This document shows, piece after piece, positions 27,361 to 36,033 of a stretch of DNA of 64,000 nt. The notes beneath the pieces were generated by a model. The model did not search any database and was not told the origin of the DNA. It was given only the letters and a program-made list of their open reading frames with translations. Both the position numbers and the translations under genes were made by a program. Each line of letters opens with the position of its first letter. Position 1 is the stretch's first letter. Source of the stretch: a virus (Duplodnaviria > Caudoviricetes); the IMG/VR virus record IMGVR_UViG_3300031851_000001. One strand, given 5' to 3'.

Positions 27361-27797
27361 GCTTGTTCGCTCACTGTAAAATCATTTGGATGGTTAATTG
27401 TTATAGCGGTTTGTGTACCCGTAATTCCAGAAACGGAATTTTTAACGTGCGAGTCAATAAGATACCATTCTCCTGCTACCGCTGTAATAGAAGACGTAAC
27501 ATTATCGTCAGCATCGTGAGCATGTAATATTGTGCCTACAGGATCAATAATATATAATATTCTCCAACGCGACTCCGTTGTAAAAATTCTACTATTTTTA
27601 GTCGAGTCTGACTCCTGATAACGAGTGTGTGAGTTATTTAAAATCTCTTCTAATATTTGTTCGTCTACTAAAGTTGATGTTGCGTCTGCAAGAGTCCAAG
27701 CAGTGTAATTGATAATTGAACTATCGTATTCAATTTCTAGTGCGTTGTGGATTGGCGAAGGCATTGTCAACTGTGGTAAGTTTAGTTTTTTAATCAT
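27333..27797 (-). CDS. Degenerate cupin/2OG-oxygenase-like protein
   Basis: GEWYLID..VKNSV fold pattern, metal ligands not conserved. Confidence 0.4.
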   Translation of the reverse strand: MIKKLNLPQLTMPSPIHNALEIEYDSSIINYTAWTLADATSTLVDEQILEEILNNSHTRYQESDSTKNSRIFTTESRWRILYIIDPVGTILHAHDADDNVTSSITAVAGEWYLIDSHVKNSVSGITGTQTAITINHPNDFTVSEQAWIDNLIIE

Positions 27798-28321
27798 TTT
27801 AGTTCTCCGAATGGAATGTCGTGTATCCCCATATGAAAGACGATACGTTCCTTTGTTGGCGATTTTACACCATGTGGTTTTTTTGTATTAAGTACAGTCA
27901 TAGTGTCATATACTATGGAGTCTCTTGTATTCCCATCATCAACATATAATTCGCCAGTATTTTCAGTTACAGGTATCAGTACTGAGCAATGGCTCTTAAC
28001 ATCAACATGAACTGGCAACTCTCCACCTTCTAATACTCTAAAAAAGTTGCAGCGGAATTCTTGTGGTCTTATTTCAAATGTATTCCATATTTTTTTAATC
28101 AACCTAAGAAGTGGTCTATTAAAATTGTGTATCTCTTGGACAAAGAACTTATTCATTTCTTTACCACCTGTTGCATCACTAACATATTCTGAATATAGTT
28201 TATTACTATCAGTCCATTCGCCAGTTATATAATTTTCCCAAAAAATTGGGTCAACCTTATAATCAGTTTTTATAAACGAATCATTTATCCATGTTTTATC
28301 CATGTAAATCTTCCTGACCAT
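27794..28321 (-). CDS. 2OG-Fe(II) oxygenase-like protein
   Basis: LPVHVD, KPHGV, RIVF. Confidence 0.7.
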   Translation of the reverse strand: MVRKIYMDKTWINDSFIKTDYKVDPIFWENYITGEWTDSNKLYSEYVSDATGGKEMNKFFVQEIHNFNRPLLRLIKKIWNTFEIRPQEFRCNFFRVLEGGELPVHVDVKSHCSVLIPVTENTGELYVDDGNTRDSIVYDTMTVLNTKKPHGVKSPTKERIVFHMGIHDIPFGELK

Positions 28322-29099
28322 TAACTGATATAATAATATGTGACCGTGTAGTCGTACCTTTGTTCCAAGCCGAATGCCTCATGCCTTGATTTAAAAACCA
28401 TAGTGATCCCGGTTCCATAGTCTGATTTATTTTGCTCCCATCTTTATCTATACAATAAAATCCACAATCATCATTTGTTGTAATCGGAATATGAAACCGA
28501 ATAGAATAATCGGTATTGTAGTCGATATGCTCGGCAACGTAAGCACCCGGCTCCATAATAGCAATTCTTGCTCGTGTAACTTCGCCTTTAAATGTTTTAA
28601 GTATTTCTTCTAGGTAAGTACCCTTTACCCAGTCTTTCATTAAGTTATAGTGTCTTTCGTCAAGTCTGCTTTTAGGTATTTTCTTTTCATAGATCCGATC
28701 TTCTTCATCTGGGTTATATTTAGTCAAAGCAATTTGTTTATATGGCGATCCATTAACTTCAAATTTGCCCTTGCCATCTTCTACAATATAATCTTCAAAT
28801 GGCTTTACATAGTTTCTAAAATCCCAAGCCATACGCTTGCCGCCTAAACCATTACGGAACTCAGACTCTTTTACATCGTTATCTTGTAAGAATTGATAAG
28901 CATCTTCAATCGTATCAAATTTTAAACCAAAAGCTTTTTGTAACTTTGCAGTTTTTCCACCAACCAAATCTCCATAGCCATCTTTTTCTTTTAGATCGTC
29001 ATTTTCTGGTGGCATATTACGAACAACTTCAATGATTTTGTTTACATCAAAATGTGCGTCAAGTTTTTGAAACGGTGGCAGCTCATATCTGGTTTTCAT
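28296..29099 (-). CDS. Aspartyl/asparaginyl beta-hydroxylase-like 2OG oxygenase
   Basis: AEHID...RFHIP, RHSAWN, RSHII. Confidence 0.75.
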   Translation of the reverse strand: MKTRYELPPFQKLDAHFDVNKIIEVVRNMPPENDDLKEKDGYGDLVGGKTAKLQKAFGLKFDTIEDAYQFLQDNDVKESEFRNGLGGKRMAWDFRNYVKPFEDYIVEDGKGKFEVNGSPYKQIALTKYNPDEEDRIYEKKIPKSRLDERHYNLMKDWVKGTYLEEILKTFKGEVTRARIAIMEPGAYVAEHIDYNTDYSIRFHIPITTNDDCGFYCIDKDGSKINQTMEPGSLWFLNQGMRHSAWNKGTTTRSHIIISVNGQEDLHG

Positions 29100-29623
29100 A
29101 ATTTTGTATATCCTTTATATTGTAAACATCCATGACCGTCACAAACCGGTACTTTTTTGTCATGCATATTCCATATTGTATCTGTTGCCATTGCCACTTT
29201 ATTTATAAACTCTCGCAGCATTCTGGGGTTCTTTTCTCTACTTATAAATGCTGAGGTATATCCGAGTTCTTTTGCAAACTTCAATTGGTCTTTGACGGTA
29301 GATATAATATGGCTTCTTGCTAATTCTCTACCGATACGACGCAATTCTTGGTTTTCCCAATAACGATTTAATATTCTAACCTCACCCTTTTCATAATATT
29401 CAGGTCTATGCCATATAGAACTAAATCCTACTATGTCGTCACCATTTTGTAATATAGAAACACAATCAAACTGAAACCAGTCTAAACCATCATAATTAAC
29501 GTGGTCATAAACTGTTTCTGATAATTGCTTTATAATGTCTGGCCTATCCTCTGGAAAAAAGCTAGTGACACTACATTCTGAGTTCAGCAATGTCATTCCA
29601 AAACTCTTTCTTTTTCTTACCAT
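29096..29623 (-). CDS. GNAT-like fold protein (tentative)
   Basis: IVGFSSI...VRILNRYW pattern. Confidence 0.4.
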   Translation of the reverse strand: MVRKRKSFGMTLLNSECSVTSFFPEDRPDIIKQLSETVYDHVNYDGLDWFQFDCVSILQNGDDIVGFSSIWHRPEYYEKGEVRILNRYWENQELRRIGRELARSHIISTVKDQLKFAKELGYTSAFISREKNPRMLREFINKVAMATDTIWNMHDKKVPVCDGHGCLQYKGYTKL

Positions 29624-30173
29624 GAATTAATAAATGTAATCTGTCTTCGTCAGAATTATTTTCAACCATATGTGGGTAGTGAATGTTTAAAACAAACGAT
29701 GAACCGGGATGATATGGTATTTCCTCGCCGTCCATAACAAACTTACTTCCCTTTGGATATGTAATAGATATATTAAGAGGATCCAGCCAGTTATGTTCTG
29801 GCACATCGATATGTTCAGCAATATAACCACCAGATTTTATAACAAGATATCTGACATCATCTATTCGAGCATATGGTAATGAATTAACAAAATCCATAGT
29901 TGCAGGACATTGCTTTCCAATTTCAGTAATATCCTTTTTAACTTTACGTCCATATTCCCAATGACTATTTGTATTATCAGAAGCAGTGCCGTATAATGTC
30001 ATAGCAAACCAATCCTTATGACCATCCTCTGGTCTATGGATAACTAATGAGTCTTTGACTAATTTATATTCTTTTTCTATATCAGAGCAAGGAACATTAA
30101 AGTTCATCTTTACCCAATGTGCGTCGCTACTTCTTTGCATGATGATCACTGTGGTTTCCTTCAAGTGGAGCAA
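29571..30173 (-). CDS. Aspartyl/asparaginyl beta-hydroxylase-like 2OG oxygenase
   Basis: AEHID, PHMVEN, RLHL. Confidence 0.75.
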   Translation of the reverse strand: MLHLKETTVIIMQRSSDAHWVKMNFNVPCSDIEKEYKLVKDSLVIHRPEDGHKDWFAMTLYGTASDNTNSHWEYGRKVKKDITEIGKQCPATMDFVNSLPYARIDDVRYLVIKSGGYIAEHIDVPEHNWLDPLNISITYPKGSKFVMDGEEIPYHPGSSFVLNIHYPHMVENNSDEDRLHLLIHGKKKKEFWNDIAELRM

Positions 30174-30693
30174 AAAGATTTATCCACCATTTATTAGCAG
30201 CGCCGTCGTCGTCATGGGCTACCAAATTAAGTAATCCGTAAAACATAAATGATGTTGGTAATAATAACAATAAATGCGCAAGAAATATTGGATTTATATA
30301 AAATGCTACAATATAAGTTATAACGAAAACATATAATTTGTTCTTGTGGAAAAACATAACTCTTGGATTATTATAAAGGTCCTTTACAAACTTTCTTGGT
30401 ATATGCTTTACTTTATAAGCCGAAAACAATACTTCATACCATTTTTTATATTTTGGACTATGTGGGTCTAACTCAGTATCAGCATATGCGTGATGCATAC
30501 GATGAACGCCTGCCCAACTTAATGGCGAACATGCGCTAGCCATAGTACCTAAGTAAATTATTATTGTTTCTAATATTGGGTGCAGTTTTATTTGCTTATG
30601 TGATATGCATCTATGATACCCTATCGTCAACCCGACAGCAGCTACTACCCAATAAAATATATAAAAGTGGACTAAAAACATAATTATCCTCAA
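30127..30693 (-). CDS. Membrane fatty-acid desaturase (delta-9-like)
   Basis: His boxes YHRCISH, HRMHH, HSDHH; hydrophobic segments. Confidence 0.85.
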   Translation of the reverse strand: MRIIMFLVHFYIFYWVVAAVGLTIGYHRCISHKQIKLHPILETIIIYLGTMASACSPLSWAGVHRMHHAYADTELDPHSPKYKKWYEVLFSAYKVKHIPRKFVKDLYNNPRVMFFHKNKLYVFVITYIVAFYINPIFLAHLLLLLPTSFMFYGLLNLVAHDDDGAANKWWINLFAPLEGNHSDHHAKK

Positions 30694-30720
30694 AAACCTT
30701 CATGTAGTTATTTATATCTA

Positions 30721-30861
30721 TTGACATTGTTTGAAAACCGTATATAATAGATTTATCTACTAAACAATAATAATAGTTGTTATAATGGCTGTAACAAAAT
30801 AGTAACAGTATTTTTATTAAAATGGAAATCTATTGACATTTTAGCTCTACTGTATTATATA
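30721..30861 (+). promoter_or_regulatory. Two tandem sigma70-type promoters upstream of tmRNA
   Basis: TTGACA(30721)-16-TATAAT and TTGACA(30833)-17-TATATA. Confidence 0.7.
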
Positions 30862-30867
30862 TAACTA

Positions 30868-31150
30868 GTGAACGTTGAAATGACGTGAATACGGATCGGA
30901 CCTCGGGGCAGTACCGAGCATCTCCACCAAATTTACTCTGTAGGGTAAAAACTGATAATTTACTTTGTAGAGTAAATTTGATGGGGATGAACAAGGATCG
31001 ACGGACGGAATAGCTTAATGGAGTTCATCGGGTGATCGCGTATAGATCAATTAAACTAAATGCAAATGAAAATTTCGCACCATCTGGATTTGCTCTAGCA
31101 GCATAATCACAGGGGGGTTGTCCACTTACCTAGCAACAGAAAAGTGGTAC
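30868..31150 (+). ncRNA. ssrA: Circularly permuted (two-piece) tmRNA, alphaproteobacterial type
   Basis: Acceptor piece with T-arm CTCGG-GGCAGTA-CCGAG and CATCTCC-A-CCA (ends 30929); intervening hairpin 30930-30982; coding piece starts GGGGATG (30983) giving G3-U70; tag ORF 31062-31106 ANENFAPSGFALAA*. Confidence 0.93.
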
Positions 31151-31181
31151 TTAATAAAACTATTACAAGGAAAAAGGTAAC

Positions 31182-31970
31182 ATGGGTAAATTCTTATTAA
31201 CAACGGCACTAACTTTGGTAGCCGGTGCAGCGATTGCACAGGAAGTAACCGAAGCACCAGTAGGATTAACTGGTAAAATTGAAACAGTAATTGCTGAAGG
31301 TGCTGGTGGAGATTGGGGTGCAACGTCATCTTTTGATCTTGGCGTATCTGCAGGATCTGGCTTAGCATCAGGTTCTATGTCTTTCGTCGTTGACTCAAAT
31401 AACGATTTGGCTTTAGACGAATATTCAATCGGTACATCAATCGGTGGAACTGAATTGTCATTTGGAGACCAAGGCAATATTTGGATTGACACAGAAAACG
31501 GTTCTTCTATTGAAGAAGCAAAGATTGCTGATGAAAGCATTCAAGCAACTATCGCAGGTGTATCAGTAGCAGCCGGCTTAAACATGGATGATTTAACTGA
31601 CATTCAAAACGTACAAGCTGGTTACGGTATTCCATTAGGAATTGCTAACATCAACGCAGTAGGTGACTATAACCTAAACAGTGAATCATGGATTGTAGCA
31701 GGTCGCGCAGACACAGACGGTATGTTGGAAAATGTACGTATCGGTGGTGCAGTATCATACGGTTCAATTTCAGAAAAACTTGGCTTTGAAGCTGACGCTA
31801 CAGTAGGACCATTAACTGGTTATATTGGCGGTGACCAAGATGATCTAATGAAAGATGCAGGCGTTAATGGTGAAGTTGCTGTTGCAGGTATCGATGTAGA
31901 AACTAAATTGAACTATAACTTTGACAGTGAAGAATTAACACCATCAGTTGGTTTAAGTTTCAACTTCTAA
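31182..31970 (+). CDS. Outer-membrane porin-like beta-barrel protein
   Basis: Signal peptide, alternating amphipathic strands, C-terminal VGLSFNF. Confidence 0.75.
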   Translation: MGKFLLTTALTLVAGAAIAQEVTEAPVGLTGKIETVIAEGAGGDWGATSSFDLGVSAGSGLASGSMSFVVDSNNDLALDEYSIGTSIGGTELSFGDQGNIWIDTENGSSIEEAKIADESIQATIAGVSVAAGLNMDDLTDIQNVQAGYGIPLGIANINAVGDYNLNSESWIVAGRADTDGMLENVRIGGAVSYGSISEKLGFEADATVGPLTGYIGGDQDDLMKDAGVNGEVAVAGIDVETKLNYNFDSEELTPSVGLSFNF

Positions 31971-31992
31971 GTTTATAAAAAATCAATACTTT

Positions 31993-32016
31993 AGAGGGGC
32001 TTCGGCTCCTCTTTTA
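31993..32016 (+). terminator. Intrinsic terminator with C(UUCG)G loop
   Basis: AGAGGGGC-TTCG-GCTCCTCT followed by T-run. Confidence 0.85.
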
Positions 32017-32021
32017 GTTTG

Positions 32022-32029
32022 TATAAATA
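32022..32029 (+). promoter_or_regulatory. T4-type late promoter
   Basis: TATAAATA upstream of heme oxygenase. Confidence 0.6.
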
Positions 32030-32062
32030 AAAGGTACACCATAAAATAGAGGGCATTATATT

Positions 32063-32605
32063 ATGACTAATAAATTGAAGCAACTCACATGGGCACATCA
32101 CCAAGCAGCTGAACGTAGAAAATTTGCTAAGCAACTAATTAGTGGTGGCATAGACCCATTCGTATATTATAAGTTTTTAAATTGTCAGTACTTAGTATAC
32201 AGACTATTAGAAGACATTGTAATTATTCCACCAAACCTTACTGCAATTTATAGAGCTCCGCGTATTCTTCAGGATATGGATGAGTTATCAGAAATTTATG
32301 GATTTGACGATATTGATAGTTATCCAGAATCAGTTGGCAGATGTATGACACACATGCAAGGATTGGCTGATGCAGACGATAACGATAGTCTATTAGCACA
32401 TATGTATGTAAGGCATTTTGGTGAACTTCATGGTGGACAAATCATTAAAGCTAAGACACCCGGAAAAGGGATTATGTATGAATTTGAAGGTGACACAAAA
32501 GTACTTATCGAAGAATTTAGAAAACTATTGCACGATGGTATGGAAGTAGAAGCTAAGAAATGCTTTGATTTCGCATCAGAATTATTTGACGAATTATCCA
32601 AATAA
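32063..32605 (+). CDS. hemO: Heme oxygenase
   Basis: LKQLTWAHHQAAE proximal His helix; AHMYVRHFGELHGGQII distal helix. Confidence 0.9.
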   Translation: MTNKLKQLTWAHHQAAERRKFAKQLISGGIDPFVYYKFLNCQYLVYRLLEDIVIIPPNLTAIYRAPRILQDMDELSEIYGFDDIDSYPESVGRCMTHMQGLADADDNDSLLAHMYVRHFGELHGGQIIKAKTPGKGIMYEFEGDTKVLIEEFRKLLHDGMEVEAKKCFDFASELFDELSK

Positions 32606-32608
32606 CTA

Positions 32609-32637
32609 TTGACATTCTTAGCTATTTGTTATAAAAT
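32609..32637 (+). promoter_or_regulatory. Sigma70-type promoter related to the repeated cassette
   Basis: AACTATTGACA-17-TAAAAT. Confidence 0.7.
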
Positions 32638-32671
32638 ACTAATATAAATCAAAACATATAAGGAGAGTAAA

Positions 32672-32839
32672 ATGCAAGATGACGCATTAGATACAGTTAA
32701 CCTTAAACCAAAACCGCGCGCTGAACGAATGCTTAAAAGTAACAGCGCACGTCGGCGGCGAAGTGTACTCAAATCAATTAGAGAAACACGTTTGTTAAAT
32801 GAATTCGCAAAACTCCGAAGATTAAGAAAAAGCAAATGA
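32672..32839 (+). CDS. Small Arg/Lys-rich protein (55 aa)
   Basis: Manual translation MQDDALDTVNLKPKPRAERMLKSNSARRRRSVLKSIRETRLLNEFAKLRRLRKSK; SD AAGGAG; ATGA overlap with pcyX. Confidence 0.65.
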   Translation: MQDDALDTVNLKPKPRAERMLKSNSARRRRSVLKSIRETRLLNEFAKLRRLRKSK

Positions 32840-33522
32840 CTCCATTATGGGATAAATTGAATGATTACGCTGCGCATATTCGTGGCAAGTTTCAAGACAA
32901 CTTTACTGAATATGAAGAGCCTGCTATGAACGATCTTTATTTTAAAGATTGGGATGATAGGTTTTGGCATTCACCCATTGTTAATAAAGCACATTTAAAG
33001 ACTATCGTACCAGCAGATGGTAAAGGTCTTTGGTTGATGCACGTTAATGTTTTCCCTAAGGCTGGTTTAGAATTGCCAATCTTAGGGTTTGACATCGTTG
33101 CTGGACCAAAGAAAATTACTGGTTCGTTTATGGATTTCTCTCCGCTGCATGGCTTTGAGCATCCATATAGTGATTACATGGCTAATAAGGTTAAAGACTT
33201 AGAATGGAATAAACCAAGAGAACTACCAGATTGGGCAAAAGAAATATTTTCAAAATCAATGATTGCAGTTGGAAATATTAATACTGATAAAGAATTAGAC
33301 CAATTCATTGCTGTAACATCAGATCTAGTTAATTATTATTTAGATAATTTAAAAGATATGACTTATGTATCAAATCGCGATACATCACCTTTATTAAACA
33401 AATATTGTGTTAACCAAAAGAAAAATCCGCACCTTCATCGGTCAATACTTGCTATGGGTATTACTGAAGAAGACAAAGACGATTATGTAAATAATGTTCT
33501 TTTTGCGGAGATTAACGGTTGA
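32836..33522 (+). CDS. pcyX: Ferredoxin-dependent bilin reductase, PcyX/PcyA-like
   Basis: LMHVNVFP (His69), LGFDIVAG (Asp86), DFSP, YCxNQKKNPH. Confidence 0.85.
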   Translation: MTPLWDKLNDYAAHIRGKFQDNFTEYEEPAMNDLYFKDWDDRFWHSPIVNKAHLKTIVPADGKGLWLMHVNVFPKAGLELPILGFDIVAGPKKITGSFMDFSPLHGFEHPYSDYMANKVKDLEWNKPRELPDWAKEIFSKSMIAVGNINTDKELDQFIAVTSDLVNYYLDNLKDMTYVSNRDTSPLLNKYCVNQKKNPHLHRSILAMGITEEDKDDYVNNVLFAEING

Positions 33523-33866
33523 CACTTTACGGTTGTTGTGATACAGTAGATATAAATCAAGGTTATGAGTATATAGAAATTGGCGGTTATCATTTTAAGG
33601 TAACTGTCACGTACTGCTCTAACTGTGGGTCAATGAAATCAACTTCAAATATTAAGGAAAGTAAAATGGCAGGCGACACTATTATTATGGAAAAAGCAGG
33701 TAAAACACTTAAGGCTGAATACTTCAGTACAACTGATGGCAGCGGATGCCGGTTTTTTATTAATGAAGAATTTATTCAAGAAGAACTATATGAAGGTAAG
33801 TCAATTCATTGGGCAGAAAGCGCGGCTGAAAACTGGCTTAGTGGGGTTAAATCATTGAATGGATAA
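33519..33866 (+). CDS. Hypothetical protein (start may be 33666)
   Basis: CC/CxxC in the N-terminal part; SD before internal ATG 33666. Confidence 0.5.
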   Translation: MTLYGCCDTVDINQGYEYIEIGGYHFKVTVTYCSNCGSMKSTSNIKESKMAGDTIIMEKAGKTLKAEYFSTTDGSGCRFFINEEFIQEELYEGKSIHWAESAAENWLSGVKSLNG

Positions 33867-34122
33867 AGGCAATTCCCAAGAAAAAGTTATTAACCCTCGT
33901 ACGCCTGAAAAGGTACATCACGAGATTTCAAGCATGTTATCAAATGGAGTTAATTATATTGATGCGTTAGTTGAATACGCGCGACAAAATGGATTGGAAA
34001 TAGAGGCAGTAGCCGATATAGTCAAAAAGTCTTCTATCCTAAAAGAAAAAGTTAGGACTGAAGCAGTGAAAATGAAAATGGTGATAAAAGATGATCAAGA
34101 CATCACAGAGCTTTGCGAATGA
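33859..34122 (+). CDS. 33: Late promoter transcription coactivator (T4 gp33)
   Basis: YIDALVEY...LKEKVRTEA; canonical 33-59-32 gene order. Confidence 0.85.
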   Translation: MDKGNSQEKVINPRTPEKVHHEISSMLSNGVNYIDALVEYARQNGLEIEAVADIVKKSSILKEKVRTEAVKMKMVIKDDQDITELCE

Positions 34123-34693
34123 GGAATCATTTAACTGTTACGTAAAATACCTTGCAATGAAAAAGCATTTTACTACAGATGGATATGATTATCATAAGTA
34201 CAGAGGAAAAATTAGAGCATCGTTTGAGACATACCGTACTCGGAACGATGTTTTCTTTTTTCACAAACTCGCTCAAAAGGAAGACCCTGAAAAATTGTTA
34301 ATGGCTAACATGATAGTCAAACCAAACATATGGATTAGGGAAATCGTTGAGCAAGACGGAGAAGATCGTTATGTGGAATGGACCAAGAAACGGGATTCAT
34401 TATCACGCGTCGTTAAAGACGATCTTAATAAACTTAGAGACGAATACCAAGATAACTTTGTGTCTGTTCAAGGACAGCATCCAGCTATTATGACTCTCTA
34501 TATTCAACGGCAAATAACACTTGAGACGTTTACTATTTTAACCCATTGCGCAAATATTTTTTCGTATTGGGACCAAAAAGTAGTTGACAAAATCGTAGCA
34601 AGTGATATAATTAGATTATCTAAGAAGTACTATCCTTTCTTAGAAATCGAACAGAAAAAGTTTAAAAATATTATACGTGAACACTTTTTCTAA
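34091..34693 (+). CDS. 59: Helicase loader (T4 gp59)
   Basis: YLAMKKHF...YDYHKYRGK, ITLETF. Confidence 0.9.
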   Translation: MIKTSQSFANEESFNCYVKYLAMKKHFTTDGYDYHKYRGKIRASFETYRTRNDVFFFHKLAQKEDPEKLLMANMIVKPNIWIREIVEQDGEDRYVEWTKKRDSLSRVVKDDLNKLRDEYQDNFVSVQGQHPAIMTLYIQRQITLETFTILTHCANIFSYWDQKVVDKIVASDIIRLSKKYYPFLEIEQKKFKNIIREHFF

Positions 34694-34701
34694 TATAAAT
34701 A
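34694..34701 (+). promoter_or_regulatory. T4-type late promoter
   Basis: TATAAATA upstream of gene 32. Confidence 0.6.
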
Positions 34702-34774
34702 GATGGTCGGCTTAACGACAAATACATCGCAATATAAACAAACGCTATACACAGCAAAATTAGGAGATATAACC

Positions 34775-35713
34775 ATGTCAATGGATTTCAACGCACTTAA
34801 GAAGAATCGTTCAGCTTCTCTAAACAAATTGAACTCACAGCTCGAGAAAATTCAAACTAAGAGCTATTCAGATCCCAACGAAGGTAAAATGTGGAAACCA
34901 ACGCGCGATAAAGCGGGTAACGGTTTTGCTATTATTCGATTCTTGCCAGCCGCGCAAGGTGAAGAAATGCCATTCGTTCGCATCTGGGACCACGGTTTTC
35001 AAGGACCAACAGGATTATGGTATATTGAAAACTCACTTACGACCGTTAACCAAGACGATCCAGTATCCGAGTACAACTCAAAGTTGTGGAACTCTGGTCT
35101 CGAGTCTGATAAAGAGTTAGCTCGTAAACAAAAGCGTCGACTAAAGTACGTGGCAAATATCCTCGTCGTAAAAGACGGTGCAAACCCTGAAAATGATGGT
35201 AAAGTCTTTATGTACCAATTTGGTAAAAAGATTTTTGACAAACTAAACGATCTGATGAACCCAACGTTCGAAGACGAGAGACCAGTCAATCCATTTGATT
35301 TCTGGGAAGGCGCTAACTTCCGTTTGAAAATTCGTAAGTTTGAAGGATATCCTAACTATGACAAATCTGAGTTTGACTCACCATCGGCTATTGCTGATGA
35401 CGACTCAGTAATCGAAGGTATTTGGAACCAACAGCACAAGTTGCAAGAGTTGGTAGATCCAAAGAACTTCAAATCATACGCAGAGTTGAAAACAAAACTT
35501 TATCGTGTACTTGCTTTAGGTGAAGAAGCTGCAGTGCCAGCCACCGCTGAGGAAAATGATGATTTGGATTTGAGCAGCTTTGGTAATACTAGCAAGTCAG
35601 CTCCAGAACCAACCTTGAAAGAAGCAATGCCTGAGGCAAGCACTTCGCAAGGAATGTCAATGGACGATGACGACGATGATCTATCTATTTTTAAGGAACT
35701 AGCAAATGGCTAA
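34775..35713 (+). CDS. 32: Single-stranded DNA-binding protein (T4 gp32)
   Basis: GNGFAIIRFLP, WYIENSLTT, YPNYDKSEF, acidic tail; start moved to ATG 34775 (SD GGAG). Confidence 0.95.
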   Translation: MSMDFNALKKNRSASLNKLNSQLEKIQTKSYSDPNEGKMWKPTRDKAGNGFAIIRFLPAAQGEEMPFVRIWDHGFQGPTGLWYIENSLTTVNQDDPVSEYNSKLWNSGLESDKELARKQKRRLKYVANILVVKDGANPENDGKVFMYQFGKKIFDKLNDLMNPTFEDERPVNPFDFWEGANFRLKIRKFEGYPNYDKSEFDSPSAIADDDSVIEGIWNQQHKLQELVDPKNFKSYAELKTKLYRVLALGEEAAVPATAEENDDLDLSSFGNTSKSAPEPTLKEAMPEASTSQGMSMDDDDDDLSIFKELANG

Positions 35714-36032
35714 TAAAGTCTACGAAGAAGTTCTAGACTTTGACTTTGGTTTCAGCTTTATTGATGAAGAGCTTCAAGAAAAAGAAGCTGAAGCCAAGGA
35801 CGCCATTCAAAAAGTCAGCAGCGAGAAGCAAACACTTGAGGATCAACTCACTGATGCTAAACTTGCGGCTGACGACCTTGAATATCGTTTAGAACTATTA
35901 TTTAAATCGGTAACACCGTTCTTGGATAACTTATGTAAGAATTCTGAGAAATCAACAATTTATTGGCCTGATCGCGTAAGTAAGATTGAGGCTTATAAGA
36001 GTAAACTTAAATCAATAGTAGAAGGTAGTTAA
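35706..36032 (+). CDS. Conserved hypothetical protein of T4-like phages
   Basis: DFDFGFS and IYWPDR motifs. Confidence 0.65.
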   Translation: MANKVYEEVLDFDFGFSFIDEELQEKEAEAKDAIQKVSSEKQTLEDQLTDAKLAADDLEYRLELLFKSVTPFLDNLCKNSEKSTIYWPDRVSKIEAYKSKLKSIVEGS

Positions 36033-36033
36033 T

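Noticed and set aside
32629-32835. Minus-strand 68-aa ORF from the track
   Set aside because: The plus-strand 55-aa ORF has the promoter, SD and coupling to pcyX
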